Positions 23,401 through 27,524 of a DNA stretch of 64,000 nucleotides are shown here, piece by piece. The stretch comes from Candidatus Woesearchaeota archaeon (lineage in GTDB: Archaea; Nanobdellota; Nanobdellia; Pacearchaeales; JAHJTO01). Under the pieces are notes generated by a model. That model was not told where the DNA came from. It ran no database searches and was given only the letters and a program-made list of their open reading frames with translations. Both the position numbers and the translations under genes were made by a program. The stretch's first letter is position 1. The number at the start of each line of letters is the position of its first letter. Location: assembly GCA_964540065.1 (NCBI GenBank), contig CAZIKY010000001.1, positions 14,798 to 78,797 on the forward strand, written 5' to 3'.

Positions 23401-25994
23401 AAAGTCAAGACATTTATTGTCCCGTTAGGCAGGGTAATATTTACAAAGACTGCACCTATGACCCCGTTATCAGAAACATTTGCTGCAATTTCAATAACGC
23501 TTGCAACATTAAATTCCGTTCCATTTACAGGCTTGGCATCAAACACTGAAGGGAAAATATTGTCTACCGCTACAAAGATGATCCTTTCAGTGGAATTAAG
23601 ATTATTGTTCGAGTCGTTAGCAATAATTGTAACGTTGTAGTTTCCTTTTAGGGCATTAGGAATAGTGAAGCTTGTATTGAATTTATTATTTGGACTGCTG
23701 TGATTTGCGAGCGCGCTGACATTGTTCAATGTAAGCAATTGAACAGTTCCATTAGGAAAAGTTACATTTGCACGAACTGCACCGAGCACTCCATTATCGC
23801 TAACATTAGCTGCAATTTCAATGGTCTCTGAAACGTTGAACTGAGTTCCATTTAATGGCCTCAAACCAATTACTCTCGGCCTTATCGTATCGTTAGCGAT
23901 AAAGAAAGTAGTATTTGTTCCAATGTTATTCAAGGTATCATTCGCTATGAAAGAGATATTATATCTTCCTTGCAAACCTGAAGGAACAGTAAATGTTGTG
24001 TTAAACTTACCAGAGCCGCTAAGTGCACTGGTATTAGTCAAGGTCAGCTGCTGAACAGTTCCGTTGGGGAAAGTAACGTTTGCAAGAACCGTTTGTATAA
24101 TTAGGTCTGTAGTAACGTTCGCTGCTATCTCAATAGTGTCAGAAACATTAAACTGAACATTACTTACGGGCCTTAAATCAAAGACTCGCATATTTACTTG
24201 CTCAGTCCTCGTAATCCCAACCCTCATTTGTTTTATCTGGGCAGTCCCGCCATCAAGCGCTCTGAACCTTATCTTAATTGTATGGGCACTCGCATTCAAA
24301 GTTAGGTTTTGTATCGAAGCAAAACTAAGCCATTCTGATCCATCAAGAGGATGCATTGAGATATTGCCATAGGTAACGCCATCAACCTCAAGTACCGCCC
24401 TTATACCATTTGCTTGAGGGGCAGCGGTGGTCTGCCTTATATCTGCTGTTCCAAATATAAGATACTCTCCAGTAAATGTAGGAGTAAATACTGTGGTCAT
24501 TGCATCTTGGAGAGTAGTAGTATTTGTAGTGGACTGGATGTCACTGGTTTGATTATTTGCAAAAATGAACTGATCTTGCTGCCTTATAGCAGTTATTCTC
24601 GTCCGGTTTATTTTCCCGGTATCTCCCGAATTTGCAAAACCCTGCATAGTCAGATTATGGGGCGAAGCAGAAAGGTTCAAAGTTACGCTTGTAAAGTAAA
24701 CTTTTTTGTTGGTTGCAGCTTTTTTGGCATATGTAAAGTTGCTGTATTCTGTTCCATCTACTAAGAATCTAGCATTAGCAAGATCATTAAGTCCATCTGG
24801 AGCAAGCTCGGCAGAGGCCATTATAAGATAAGTTCCGGCAGATGGAGGAGTGAAAGTTAAAGTTTGTACATCTGCAAAAGATCCCACATTTAACGTCTGG
24901 GTAGTATCAGTAGAATTGTAGAAAACCTCATCAGATTTTAATGCAATGAGTCTTGCATTTCTTATAAGTGCTGCAACTGATCCGCTTCCAGATTTCCACT
25001 GTATTGTTGCAGTATGACTGCCAGCGCTTAAGTTTACAGTTTTATGAACTGAGAAAGATTCAAAACCTGTGGCGACAATTGGCCTGTAGATCATCTCTCC
25101 TTCATCAACTCCATCAAGAAGCAGTCTAGCAGAAACTTCGGTATTGGTTGCATCCTCTCTTATTTCTGAGCTTACGATTATTGTGTAATTGCCTGCTTCA
25201 GAGGCAGTGAAGGTCAAAACAGTTTTATTTATATAAGTCGTCGAAGTAGTTGAATTCTCTCCCACGCTTTCTCCGAACTCTCCGAAACCCGGGTCATCCG
25301 GAGTTAAAAGGAAAGTGTATTGCTGTCCAGGAACCAAGCCTGTCTTAAACAAGGTCCAATTTCCAAAGCATGTTTGGGTTGTAAAGTTCCACGCCTTACA
25401 TTTATGCAATTCTGTTCCAACTGCAGTTACGGTAACAGTTGCATTGTCAAAATCAAGCTGAGTCGGGTCTATTGCATAAACCCTTGAAAATCCATTAGTT
25501 GGAGCAACATCATCTATTCCAAGGGCAATTGATCTGCTGACATTTGAAGTCCTCACATTGTAAAGCACAATCCGATTTACTGGACCGCTTGATGGAACGA
25601 TCTCTATTCCATCAGAAGTTTCAGTTATCTGCATAGGAATTTCATTGCCTGCGCTGTCCCTTATTCTAAGCAATTCGCTCAAGGCCCTTACAGTTTCCCT
25701 CAGCTCCTCGATAGACTCTTTCAGAGATTCTGTGCTCTCCCTAAGCCCTTCAATTTCTGCGTTTGTTCTATTGCTTTCAGCAATTTGCGTAACAACTTTC
25801 CCGGTCACGGGGCTTCCAAAATAGCTGAACTCCGGATTTATGTATCCGAGGATCAACAGCGTGAGCAGGCTGGCCAAGAATGCACCGATAAGAATTGCTC
25901 CCACCAGCCTGCTTCCGCTAAGATTTTTGCCCTCTTTTTGTCCGGAATATGAATTTCTTTTTTCTCTTCTGTTATGTTTTCTGTGTCTTGACAT
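5424..25994 (-). CDS. giant membrane-anchored surface protein (6856 aa); putative glycosylated adhesin / S-layer-like protein with a cytoplasmic tail
   Basis: Uninterrupted 20.6-kb ORF. N-terminal basic segment plus hydrophobic anchor (LVGAILIGAFLASLLTLLILG), then a ~600-aa unique region. More than 50 tandem ~96-aa repeats (consensus ...PSVFDLRPVNGTxFNVSDVIEIAANVTDNGVISxVxANVTLPNGTVQxLTLTNVSGDKFNTSFTIPNxLQGxYNITFIANDTNNNVNSTETTFFIANDT...), dense in N-x-S/T sequons. A central ~515-aa Cys-containing unique region and a second repeat type near the C-terminus (VTIxSPxN.TY....LVN...TDNGSGV.TIFYN.NGTN.TYTSPV.VTFPEGS). Then a Pro/Ala stretch, G10 linker, 6-Cys module (CEEDWICTEWSACSGGLRSRFCSDQNNCGT...C...C), TM helix (ILWTALILFLVLLLIIAW, ~6764-6826), and a ~450-aa Lys-rich cytoplasmic tail. 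Confidence 0.9.
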   Translation of the reverse strand: MSRHRKHNRREKRNSYSGQKEGKNLSGSRLVGAILIGAFLASLLTLLILGYINPEFSYFGSPVTGKVVTQIAESNRTNAEIEGLRESTESLKESIEELRETVRALSELLRIRDSAGNEIPMQITETSDGIEIVPSSGPVNRIVLYNVRTSNVSRSIALGIDDVAPTNGFSRVYAIDPTQLDFDNATVTVTAVGTELHKCKAWNFTTQTCFGNWTLFKTGLVPGQQYTFLLTPDDPGFGEFGESVGENSTTSTTYINKTVLTFTASEAGNYTIIVSSEIREDATNTEVSARLLLDGVDEGEMIYRPIVATGFESFSVHKTVNLSAGSHTATIQWKSGSGSVAALIRNARLIALKSDEVFYNSTDTTQTLNVGSFADVQTLTFTPPSAGTYLIMASAELAPDGLNDLANARFLVDGTEYSNFTYAKKAATNKKVYFTSVTLNLSASPHNLTMQGFANSGDTGKINRTRITAIRQQDQFIFANNQTSDIQSTTNTTTLQDAMTTVFTPTFTGEYLIFGTADIRQTTAAPQANGIRAVLEVDGVTYGNISMHPLDGSEWLSFASIQNLTLNASAHTIKIRFRALDGGTAQIKQMRVGITRTEQVNMRVFDLRPVSNVQFNVSDTIEIAANVTTDLIIQTVLANVTFPNGTVQQLTLTNTSALSGSGKFNTTFTVPSGLQGRYNISFIANDTLNNIGTNTTFFIANDTIRPRVIGLRPLNGTQFNVSETIEIAANVSDNGVLGAVRANVTFPNGTVQLLTLNNVSALANHSSPNNKFNTSFTIPNALKGNYNVTIIANDSNNNLNSTERIIFVAVDNIFPSVFDAKPVNGTEFNVASVIEIAANVSDNGVIGAVFVNITLPNGTINVLTLNNVSALVSHNSTTNKFNNSFTLYNITGRYNVTFVANDSSNNVNSTTTTFFIANDVTIPSVFDLRPVNNTSFNTSDVIEIAANVTDDVAVSAVRANITFPNGTVQQLTLTNVSGLLSLGGKFNTSFNIPNDLQGTYNITFIANDSSNSFNTTERTNFTVGDTINPRVFDFKPNGTPFNVSDTIEIAANVTDNGVISALLANITFPNGTSQLLTLANISGPLSNNTRFNTSFTLPNTPQGRYNITFIANDTNNNVNNTETTFFIANDTVRPSVFDLIPVAGTSFEVLSTIEIAANVTDNGVIQTVRALVQYPDGAINTLTLSNAVGDKYNTSFLVPNLIGRYNVTIVANDTNGNTNNTEKTHFFSGDFDPPSVIGLVPANGTTFNLLETLEIAANVTDDLSAVSQVLANVTLPNGTVQTLTLTNTSTTKYNTSFTIPIGLIGQYTVRIIANDTRGNVNSTETTTFIGADTQIPLVSSLVPVEDTDFGLTDTIEIAANVTDNGVLSFVSVTIVYPDGAVNTLVLNNSVGDKFNASFTIPNILGRYNLTFFANDTDDNVNNTETTFFNAGDTRNPSVTLLSPQNGTSFNVSDVVEIAANVTDNLDLQTVRVNLTLPNGTVNVLTLSQFNSTDKFNVSFTIPNELQGQYNITFIANDSTGNTNATTITNFIAGDTVNPRVVSVHPPEGLNVMASQVIEIAANVTDNGVIDTVLANISLPNGTVNVLTLTNVSGSLIGGGKFNTSFTVPSLVGQYNITFIANDTNNNVNSTTTTFLLQGDATPPNVIIVTPVNGTQFNVSDTIEIAANVTDNGAVAAVSVNVTFPNGTVQNLTLSNVGNSKYNRSFTLPNTPQGRYNITFIATDTSDNVNSTETTFFIANDTVRPAVFGLKPLNGTSFTVGDTIEIAANVTDNGVISTVIANITFPNGTAELLTLANVTGNKFNASFTAPGEGGFYTVRFLANDTNNNLNNTEIIIFEVTDNESPLVFSLIPSAGTNFLTNATIEIAANITDLSSISANVTVTYPDGATITLSLVNPNGDKFNTSFTIPNIEGRYNLSYFAQDTIGNINNTETTFFIAGDAFAPLVINATPTNGTVFNVSDVVEISANVTDSDSNVSFVSANLTLPNGTVNVLTLTNVSGPLANGGKFNTSFTIPNNLQGRYNITFIANDTRNNVNSTVTTFFIANDTIRPSVASLVPPNSSAFPSLSVIEIAANVTDNGVIDKVLAKIDYPDGASNTLTLVSVGGDKFNVSFTIPSVTGRYNVTFIANDTNNNVNNTETTFFIGGDTVRPLVFDLRPVSGFNASNLSVIEISANVTDNFEINTVLANVTLPNGTINVLTLNQVTGTDKFNQSFSIPNLKGTYNVTFIANDTSNNLNSTERTNFTFDGVSNATLSTDKTEYFQGTAATAEENPNFGVKVFILFEASYVNPINSAPIVDGTCNVTSNNSNSVTTLTFNSTTGNYSGSLDNTIEFDITNYTLSCSSPSMNAASSSTVASTFWLNYIINTGNIFFGGTDNNLSSSTTWLSKVAPNSTSYVNKTFNMSISPNQTDVNGLRIFFCGSNTNVPCSFLRNFNMQGIVTMRANLSASANNVCKPKLCYHLSTSNLEDTYELCGEPSGSLTTTPTLFEQNATLDGVTIGKTNFLSMHIHCDADSSLSSTTNVSVNLFYNYSDQEVNLEIHHPEPLNVITEIIENKQESFNLTIGPDQTLNVTVNHTILLNNTSANSGRINLFQALEVLGRFGQRVIANKTRVYNSTGGFWASDNVSLMPLENLTVFTGNVINYRTEFIGGSSAINNTARVEYQNALIDNETFTLNETTVKRWRVDLETIFVQTGSIRNITVFTNYSTYLPEGDEEARFTVNFTNSSGTFDLTNDTVVNTTLKTLTFPPISASLVNFTVEATDVVAPRLSGLVPANNSSFTSSATIEIAANLTEQFSGVDSVSANITLPNGTVQVLTLTNVSGPLINGGKFNTSFTLPSGLEGTYSARFIANDTAGNVNSTETTSFNVADTTSPLVFDFRPVSNSSFNVSDTIEVAVNVTDNVAISKVLANVTLPNGTVQVLNLTNVLGDKFNTSFTLPNTPQGQYNITYIANDTANNVNSTETTFFVAGDTIKPEVFDVRPVNGSQFDVADVIEISANVTDNGVISAVVANLTLPNGTLQTLTLANVSGDKFNASFTIPDLAGRYNLTYIANDTNNNVNSSVTSFFEVNDTSAPQVSGFIPSAGTNFTSLTSIEVAANVTDNAAVSFVSATVTYPDGATVDLTLVNAAGNKYNASLSIPNIGGRYNVSFFANDTSNNINNTETTFFEVGDVFAPSIIITSPSDGALFNVSDVIEISANVSDGNSNLSAVIANVTFPNGTVQQLTLTNVSAITNHSAANKFNVSFTIPNALQGRYNITFIANDTLNNLGTNTTFFTANDTIRPSVAALVPPNGTTFGSLDVIEIAANVTDNGVISTVRAQIKYPNGATNTLTLTNVGGDKFNTSFTVPDIDGRFNVTFIANDTNNNVNNTETTFFIGGDQARPSVLDIKPVNGTAFNVSDVVEISANVTDDFAVSAVKANVTLPNGTVQVLNLTNVLGDKFNASFTIPQALQGRYNITFIANDSSNNLNSTETTFFIANDTVKPAAFGAIPAAGTSFNSSDVIEIAVNATDNGVISSVIANLTLSNGTSQLLTLTSVGGDKFNVSFTIPNTPQGQYNLTFLVNDTNNNLNSSITTNFIVGDTINPAVFGAVPANGTSFNVSDVIEIAVNATDNGVLGTVLVNATLPNGTVQQLTLTNVTGDKFNTSFTIPSTPQGQYNLTFIANDTNNNVNSSTTTTFIVGDTIRPAVFELLPTNGSSFNTSDIIEVSANVTDNGVISAVIANVTLPNGTVNVLTLSQISGTDKFNTSFTIPVLQGTYNVTIIANDTNNNVNSSEKTFFTVADTLVPAVSGVIPANGTSFNVSDTIEIGVNVTDNVAVSSVTANVTLPNGTVNVLTLSLANGSRYNVSFTIPNDLQGQYNVTFIANDSNNNVNSTVVTVFTVGDTINPAVFDSRPINGSSFNIADIVEIAANITDNGVISAAIVNVTLPNGTVQQLTLTNATGDKFNVSFTVPNLAGRYNLTYIANDTNNNVNSSVTSFFNANDTLAPRVFSLIPVNGSHFAATSVIEIAANVTDNVAVSTVSVTVTYPDGAFEEFALVNAGGDKYNASFTIPDFGGRYNVSFFANDSSNNVNNTERTFFNVSDIFGPSIDIVSPNAGATFNVSDVVEIAANISDLSSNISAVLANVTFPNGTVQQLTLTNVSAITNHSAANKFNVSFTIPNTPQGRYNLTFIANDTKNNVNSSVTTFFIANDTIKPSVFGFIPPNDTTFPTLVSIEIATNVTDNGVVDTVKAQLKYPNGATNNLVLTNVGGDKYNTSFSIPNIAGRYNVTFIANDTNNNVNNTETTFFIGGDTTKPLVVGLVPVAGTQFNASDTVELAANVTDNFGVSSVRANVTFPNGTVQQLNLSLATGSKYNASFTLPNTPQGRYNITFIANDTSNNVNSTETTFFISNDTVRPAVFGAVPANGTSFNASDVIEIAINATDNGVISSAIANITFSNGTSQLVTLASVVGDKFNSSFTIPNTPQGQYNLTFLVNDTNGNLNSTTITTFIVGDTINPAVSGLLPVNGSVFNTSQVVEIAANVTDNGVIDAVLANVTLPNGTVNVLTLSQVGSTPKFNNSFIVPSGIQGTYNITYIANDTNNNVNSTARTSFIGGDSEKPSVSGLIPVANSTFSVAQNIEIAANVTDNIAVSDVRVNLTLPNGTLQVLTLINVSGPLANGGKFNTSFSIPNLPGTYNITFTANDTTNNVNSTSTTFFVLANEVNPNVTIVSPASGNFTNATLLVNITAVDDNAVENVLFFNGTANQTYASPVFVTFPQGTTVMRVYANDTFGNLNDTESVTIFIDSVPPSVTGVASTKASINQTQETTIVATVSDATTSVDKVIAQFTLPNGTVQNQTMALSGATYTTIFATSSSNVPGVYNVTIIANDTFGNVNSSEKTNFTVNDITRPQVTINSPSAGNFTNATILVNITATDNFQVSTILFFNGTANQTYTSPVFVTFPEGTTVVSVFVNDTSGNVNNPENVTINVDTTPLSVFDLRPVNGTQFNVSDVVEISANVTNSGQINSVKANLTLPNGTVQVLTLTNTTGDKFNTSFIIPNALQGRYNLTFVANDSFGNVNGTGTTFFIANDTAKPAVFGFIPSNGSSFNVSDVIEIAVNATDNGVLGTVLVNVTLPNGTVQQLTLTNVTGDKFNTSFTIPSTPQGQYNLTFIVNDTNNNVNVTTTSFIVGDTIKPSVFGLVPTNGSGFNLSQTIEIAANATDNDGPVTVIVNITLPNGTVQQLTLTNVTGNKFNTSFVVPSSLIGRYNITYIANDTNNNANSTSTTFFNALDVINPNVTGLVPLNGSTFNLGSTIEIAANVTDNVAVSSVLATITYPDGATNTLTLNNTSGNKFNASFSVPSDLQGRYNVTIVANDTSNNLNNTEKTHFIVSELNNPSVTITSPTNGSTFRVNDTVGVTALVTDSTGVDTVLVRITFPNGSTTDLQTSNISASYNTTFSDLDQKGTYLVRIIANDTLNNVNNATTVIFTRVVEGNRTFDVVNPAGDSINNAQVVILNSSGILTVTVNLTNQTISSLIVSGYSETSPYALIKIANRTNDSSLFAQTYGIDPSGLNFTSINLTAVANGTVLYKCENFTISTTTCNDGYSFVRNLTPGETYTITINNATDPGFSEQNPTNGTPDQGSYDPFGEGHSEVVNTFAATQANDQVYFAVRRNNGAGAQNDLNTHLNLTYNLSGVLSGASASDITNMTFLLEHCLNDDSTGAFTCGGSAPGGVAENSTAIELFNWTAGAFQQVGTYNGSIINEGNATTSLGGSFVDFVNSTTKLVQIRYKINVTITTNGNDAAFGADFAQLTVTFGSVIPKVENLRPVANSSFNTSNVIEIAANVTTVFANVSSVRANVTFPNGTVQQLTLTNVSGPATSSGKFNASFAIPELLGRYNVSFFANDSSGSVNNSETTFFNASDGTKPVVFDLRPLNGSFFALSSVIEVAANVTDNIAVNNVIARIRYPDNAVNEFNLTNVAGNKYNTTFTLPPQNGTYNLTVIANDTSGNTNESSILFFVDSAAPTVTIIHPTTATFNNRTLLVNISATDSGAGVSTIFFDWNGTNTTYTSPVIVNFTEGSITLKAYANDTVGNLGSATVTFTVDVTAPTVTIVSPENKTYNNATILVNLTTTNGPNGTVDTVRYNWNGTFAVYNTTHFVTFPEGSITLNATVNDTAGNSGNATRVFTVDTIKPNVTIHSPENITYSSQSILVNLSATDNGSGVNTIFYNFNGTNITYTSPVNVTFPEGSTTLIAFANDSAGNLDSKNVTFSVVLPAAPAPSGGGGGGGGGGAVVTPVCEEDWICTEWSACSGGLRSRFCSDQNNCGTTDDRPALDEECEVAAPVSFCKDNKLNQDESDVDCGGKTCSERCDNGKRCYLNSDCKSQNCENGVCMTPTPAPVVEKKEIPWEMILWTALILFLVLLLIIAWRRRKHDEFVITRYLERTDGWIFGVIRKHYDVPFKNYFDRLGESISRTISFKTNYYHERVKRPVFYGERGQLGSGSYVHVNELPLKNEQNKPKFSEKWLDLSSAKSQFELEQLQKSLSNKSLVKQKVPYSLSTRNNNLDKELNSYLNSRKRTQIISSIVEIGEKIFSSRNEEYREIKIKPHKPLSPSKISERKAPLFEKEFKFNFKKQDSKLSPIVEPSFVEDPVSEKFRRSGARIRKEFTSLWDGLKDRSKLDKDLERYLKKGPSGELKIVKPSGGIGPAIMDPIMKPRERSQIVSFSQRNEGVPIPRRGWFAADKYKGISSLVREERERYLKSRERAIQLSVQPSKISGLAAKVDKAFRLEKILPAPVSILNKTAGEIKAVYSKPVERAVIGAKDATRIRSVFSGSAKSNVKMVSKKKESQKKSIGDNSAAVREWMLGELKGVYD
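7175..7206 (-). repeat. GC-rich GGN codon run encoding a Gly10 linker
   Basis: gcctccgccaccgcctcctcctccgccaccgg in an AT-rich gene encodes ...PAPSGGGGGGGGGGAVV.... An equivalent tract occurs at 49748-49782 in gene 49231..50634. Confidence 0.9.
7990..17700 (-). repeat. tandem array 2 of ~288-bp coding repeats (about 34 Ig-like domain repeats) inside the giant gene
   Basis: Periodic protein repeats, and periodic antisense ORFs in the ORF track of the form ...VSFAMKVTLYLP.... Some copies are near-identical at the DNA level (e.g. 10560-10780 vs 15040-15260). Boundaries approximate. Confidence 0.8.
19250..24190 (-). repeat. tandem array 1 of ~288-bp coding repeats (about 17 Ig-like domain repeats) inside the giant gene
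   Basis: Same repeat family as array 2, separated from it by a ~1.5-kb unique region (about 17700-19250). Boundaries approximate. Confidence 0.75.
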
Positions 25995-26042
25995 TTTTCG
26001 CTTTCTTGTTTCTTGATTTTTGATTAAACTTTTTCTAAAAGT

Positions 26043-26240
26043 TTACTTTACAACCCAGAGATTCACCCCCGCTTTTTTCATTCTAACAATTTTTTGGTCG
26101 AGAGTTAGCTCAAGAAGGTGCTTTTCTGCAGTGTTCCAAGAAATCTTCAGTTCTTCAGCGATCTCGCTAGTAGTGACTACCTTAGTTTTCTCTACTAGCT
26201 TTATGATCTCCTTCTTGAGATCGATCCCTCTCTCTACCAC
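26043..26240 (-). CDS. small winged-helix DNA-binding protein (paralog 3 of 3), 48 bp upstream of the giant gene
   Basis: 65 aa MVERGIDLKKEIIKLVEKTKVVTTSEIAEELKISWNTAEKHLLELTLDQKIVRMKKAGVNLWVVK. Confidence 0.7.
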   Translation of the reverse strand: MVERGIDLKKEIIKLVEKTKVVTTSEIAEELKISWNTAEKHLLELTLDQKIVRMKKAGVNLWVVK

Positions 26241-26305
26241 TTTTCTTTATATCCAGTACTGAACACTCATTGTATGATACATTATAGTATACATTACATC
26301 ATACA

Positions 26306-26319
26306 TATGAATATTCATA
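26306..26319. promoter_or_regulatory. palindromic putative operator TATGAATATTCATA upstream of wHTH gene 26043..26240
   Basis: Same motif as 4866-4882, in the AT-rich divergent intergenic region 26241-26406. Confidence 0.5.
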
Positions 26320-26363
26320 AATAAGGCTAAAGGTAATATATAAACCTTACCTCATACATAAAT

Positions 26364-26428
26364 CGTGTACATATGTACATAAAGAAAATATTTAAATAGT
26401 GTACATGTGTACATAAATAATGTACACT
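26364..26428. promoter_or_regulatory. cluster of TGTACA palindromes (GTGTACATATGTACAT ... GTGTACATGTGTACAT ... TGTACACT) in a divergent promoter region
   Basis: Five TGTACA hexamers within 65 bp between the divergent genes 26043..26240 (-) and 26407..26913 (+). Confidence 0.4.
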
Positions 26429-26913
26429 ATAAAATGATTCCGAAAAAAGAGAGCACAATTGAGAGATCATTCGAAAAATGTCAAAAAACATTCGTTCAGA
26501 TAGACCGGGCAAGTTATTTGACCTATAAAGAAGAAGCTTTGAGCGATTTGGATTCTGCCTACAAAGAGCAAAAAGAAGGAAATGCTAAATGGGCCATAGT
26601 TAAAGCGTATCAAGCATTGTTTCTTCAATGTACTGCAGTCTTAGTAAAAAATTTAGGGATATATTCTAAAGATCATGGTTGCCTACTGATTGCGTTGCTG
26701 AAAAATAATCTTCTTAAAAAAGAAACATTTGAAAAAGTAAAAGGTCTTTTGAATAATAAGGCGACAATTTACGAAGAGATTGATCATATTAGAATTTTTA
26801 GGAACAAAGCATTATATTTCCCAAAGGTTCAAAGTAAAATTGGCCAAGAAGATACTGAAAAAACCCTCAATGAGATAAGAGAAATAATATCTTTAATTGG
26901 AGAGCATTTATGA
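26407..26913 (+). CDS. hypothetical alpha-helical protein; possible HEPN-like partner of the adjacent nucleotidyltransferase
   Basis: 168 aa; its stop overlaps the start of the next gene (ATGA at 26910). No clean Rx4-6H motif is visible, so the HEPN call is tentative. The true start may be the internal Met (MIPKKE...). Confidence 0.4.
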   Translation: MYINNVHYKMIPKKESTIERSFEKCQKTFVQIDRASYLTYKEEALSDLDSAYKEQKEGNAKWAIVKAYQALFLQCTAVLVKNLGIYSKDHGCLLIALLKNNLLKKETFEKVKGLLNNKATIYEEIDHIRIFRNKALYFPKVQSKIGQEDTEKTLNEIREIISLIGEHL

Positions 26914-27524
26914 TAAATCAACTTCTACCACTTTCAAGAAAGAAAATTGAAACTTTAAGATATATCTACGAAAACGACTCTGCACATCTTAGACGAATAT
27001 CCTTAGAACTTGAAATTCACCCATATCAATTGAAGAAGATAATAGACGAATTGGTTTCGAATAAAATTTTGGAGCAGAAAAAAGTAGGGAAAACGATCTT
27101 ACTAAGCCTCAACAGACTATCAGAGAATATAGAACAAGTGTTTTATCTAATAGAAGGTTATAAGCAAGAAAGTGAGAATAAGGTTCTTAAGAATATTATC
27201 AAAAATCTTTGGATTTTTTCAAAAAACTCGGAAATATTAAGTTGTTGCGTGTTTGGTTCTTATGCAAGGAGTGCAGAAACGAAAGAAAGTGATGTAGATG
27301 TATTGTTTATAGTGAAAAATAAAAACATTGGGCAGGATATTATAAAAAAAGTTTCTCAAATAGGAACCCTGCTCCATCTAAAATTTAGCCCCGTAATAAT
27401 GGATGAAAGGGAATTCTTAAGAGCAATTGAGATTAAGGAGCCCACTTTACTTACTATAATAAAACCTTCTCAAAGAATAATCACTTTTGGGATAGAATAT
27501 TTTCTGAAGCAAACTTATTTTTAA
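26910..27524 (+). CDS. winged-helix plus minimal nucleotidyltransferase (MNT) domain protein
   Basis: N-terminal HTH (LRRISLELEIHPYQLKKIIDELVSNKILEQKKVGKTILLSL), then the NTase signature 'CCVFGSYARSAETKESDVDVLFIV' (GS...D.D). Confidence 0.65.
   Translation: MINQLLPLSRKKIETLRYIYENDSAHLRRISLELEIHPYQLKKIIDELVSNKILEQKKVGKTILLSLNRLSENIEQVFYLIEGYKQESENKVLKNIIKNLWIFSKNSEILSCCVFGSYARSAETKESDVDVLFIVKNKNIGQDIIKKVSQIGTLLHLKFSPVIMDEREFLRAIEIKEPTLLTIIKPSQRIITFGIEYFLKQTYF

Larger units (their letters stand above)
26020..26330. repeat. copy C of the operator plus wHTH cassette, immediately upstream of the giant gene
   Basis: 26045-26140 aligns with 5225-5320 at roughly 75% identity (e.g. ttcacccccgcttttttcat..., tgcagtgttcca...). 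Palindrome at 26306-26319. Confidence 0.6.

Noticed and set aside
7990-24190. Highly periodic ~288-bp repeats that could superficially suggest a CRISPR array or satellite
   Set aside because: The repeats are in-frame coding units of one continuous ORF, with no short conserved repeat / variable spacer structure. They are protein-domain repeats.
7006-24764. Dozens of 60-140-aa + strand ORFs tiling the interior of 5424..25994 (e.g. 8083..9015, 13129..13506, 15871..16296), many ending in ...VSFAMKVTLYLP
   Set aside because: They are antisense read-throughs of the tandem coding repeats of the 6856-aa minus-strand gene. Their periodicity and shared motifs mirror the sense-strand repeats, and they have no independent start or RBS context.
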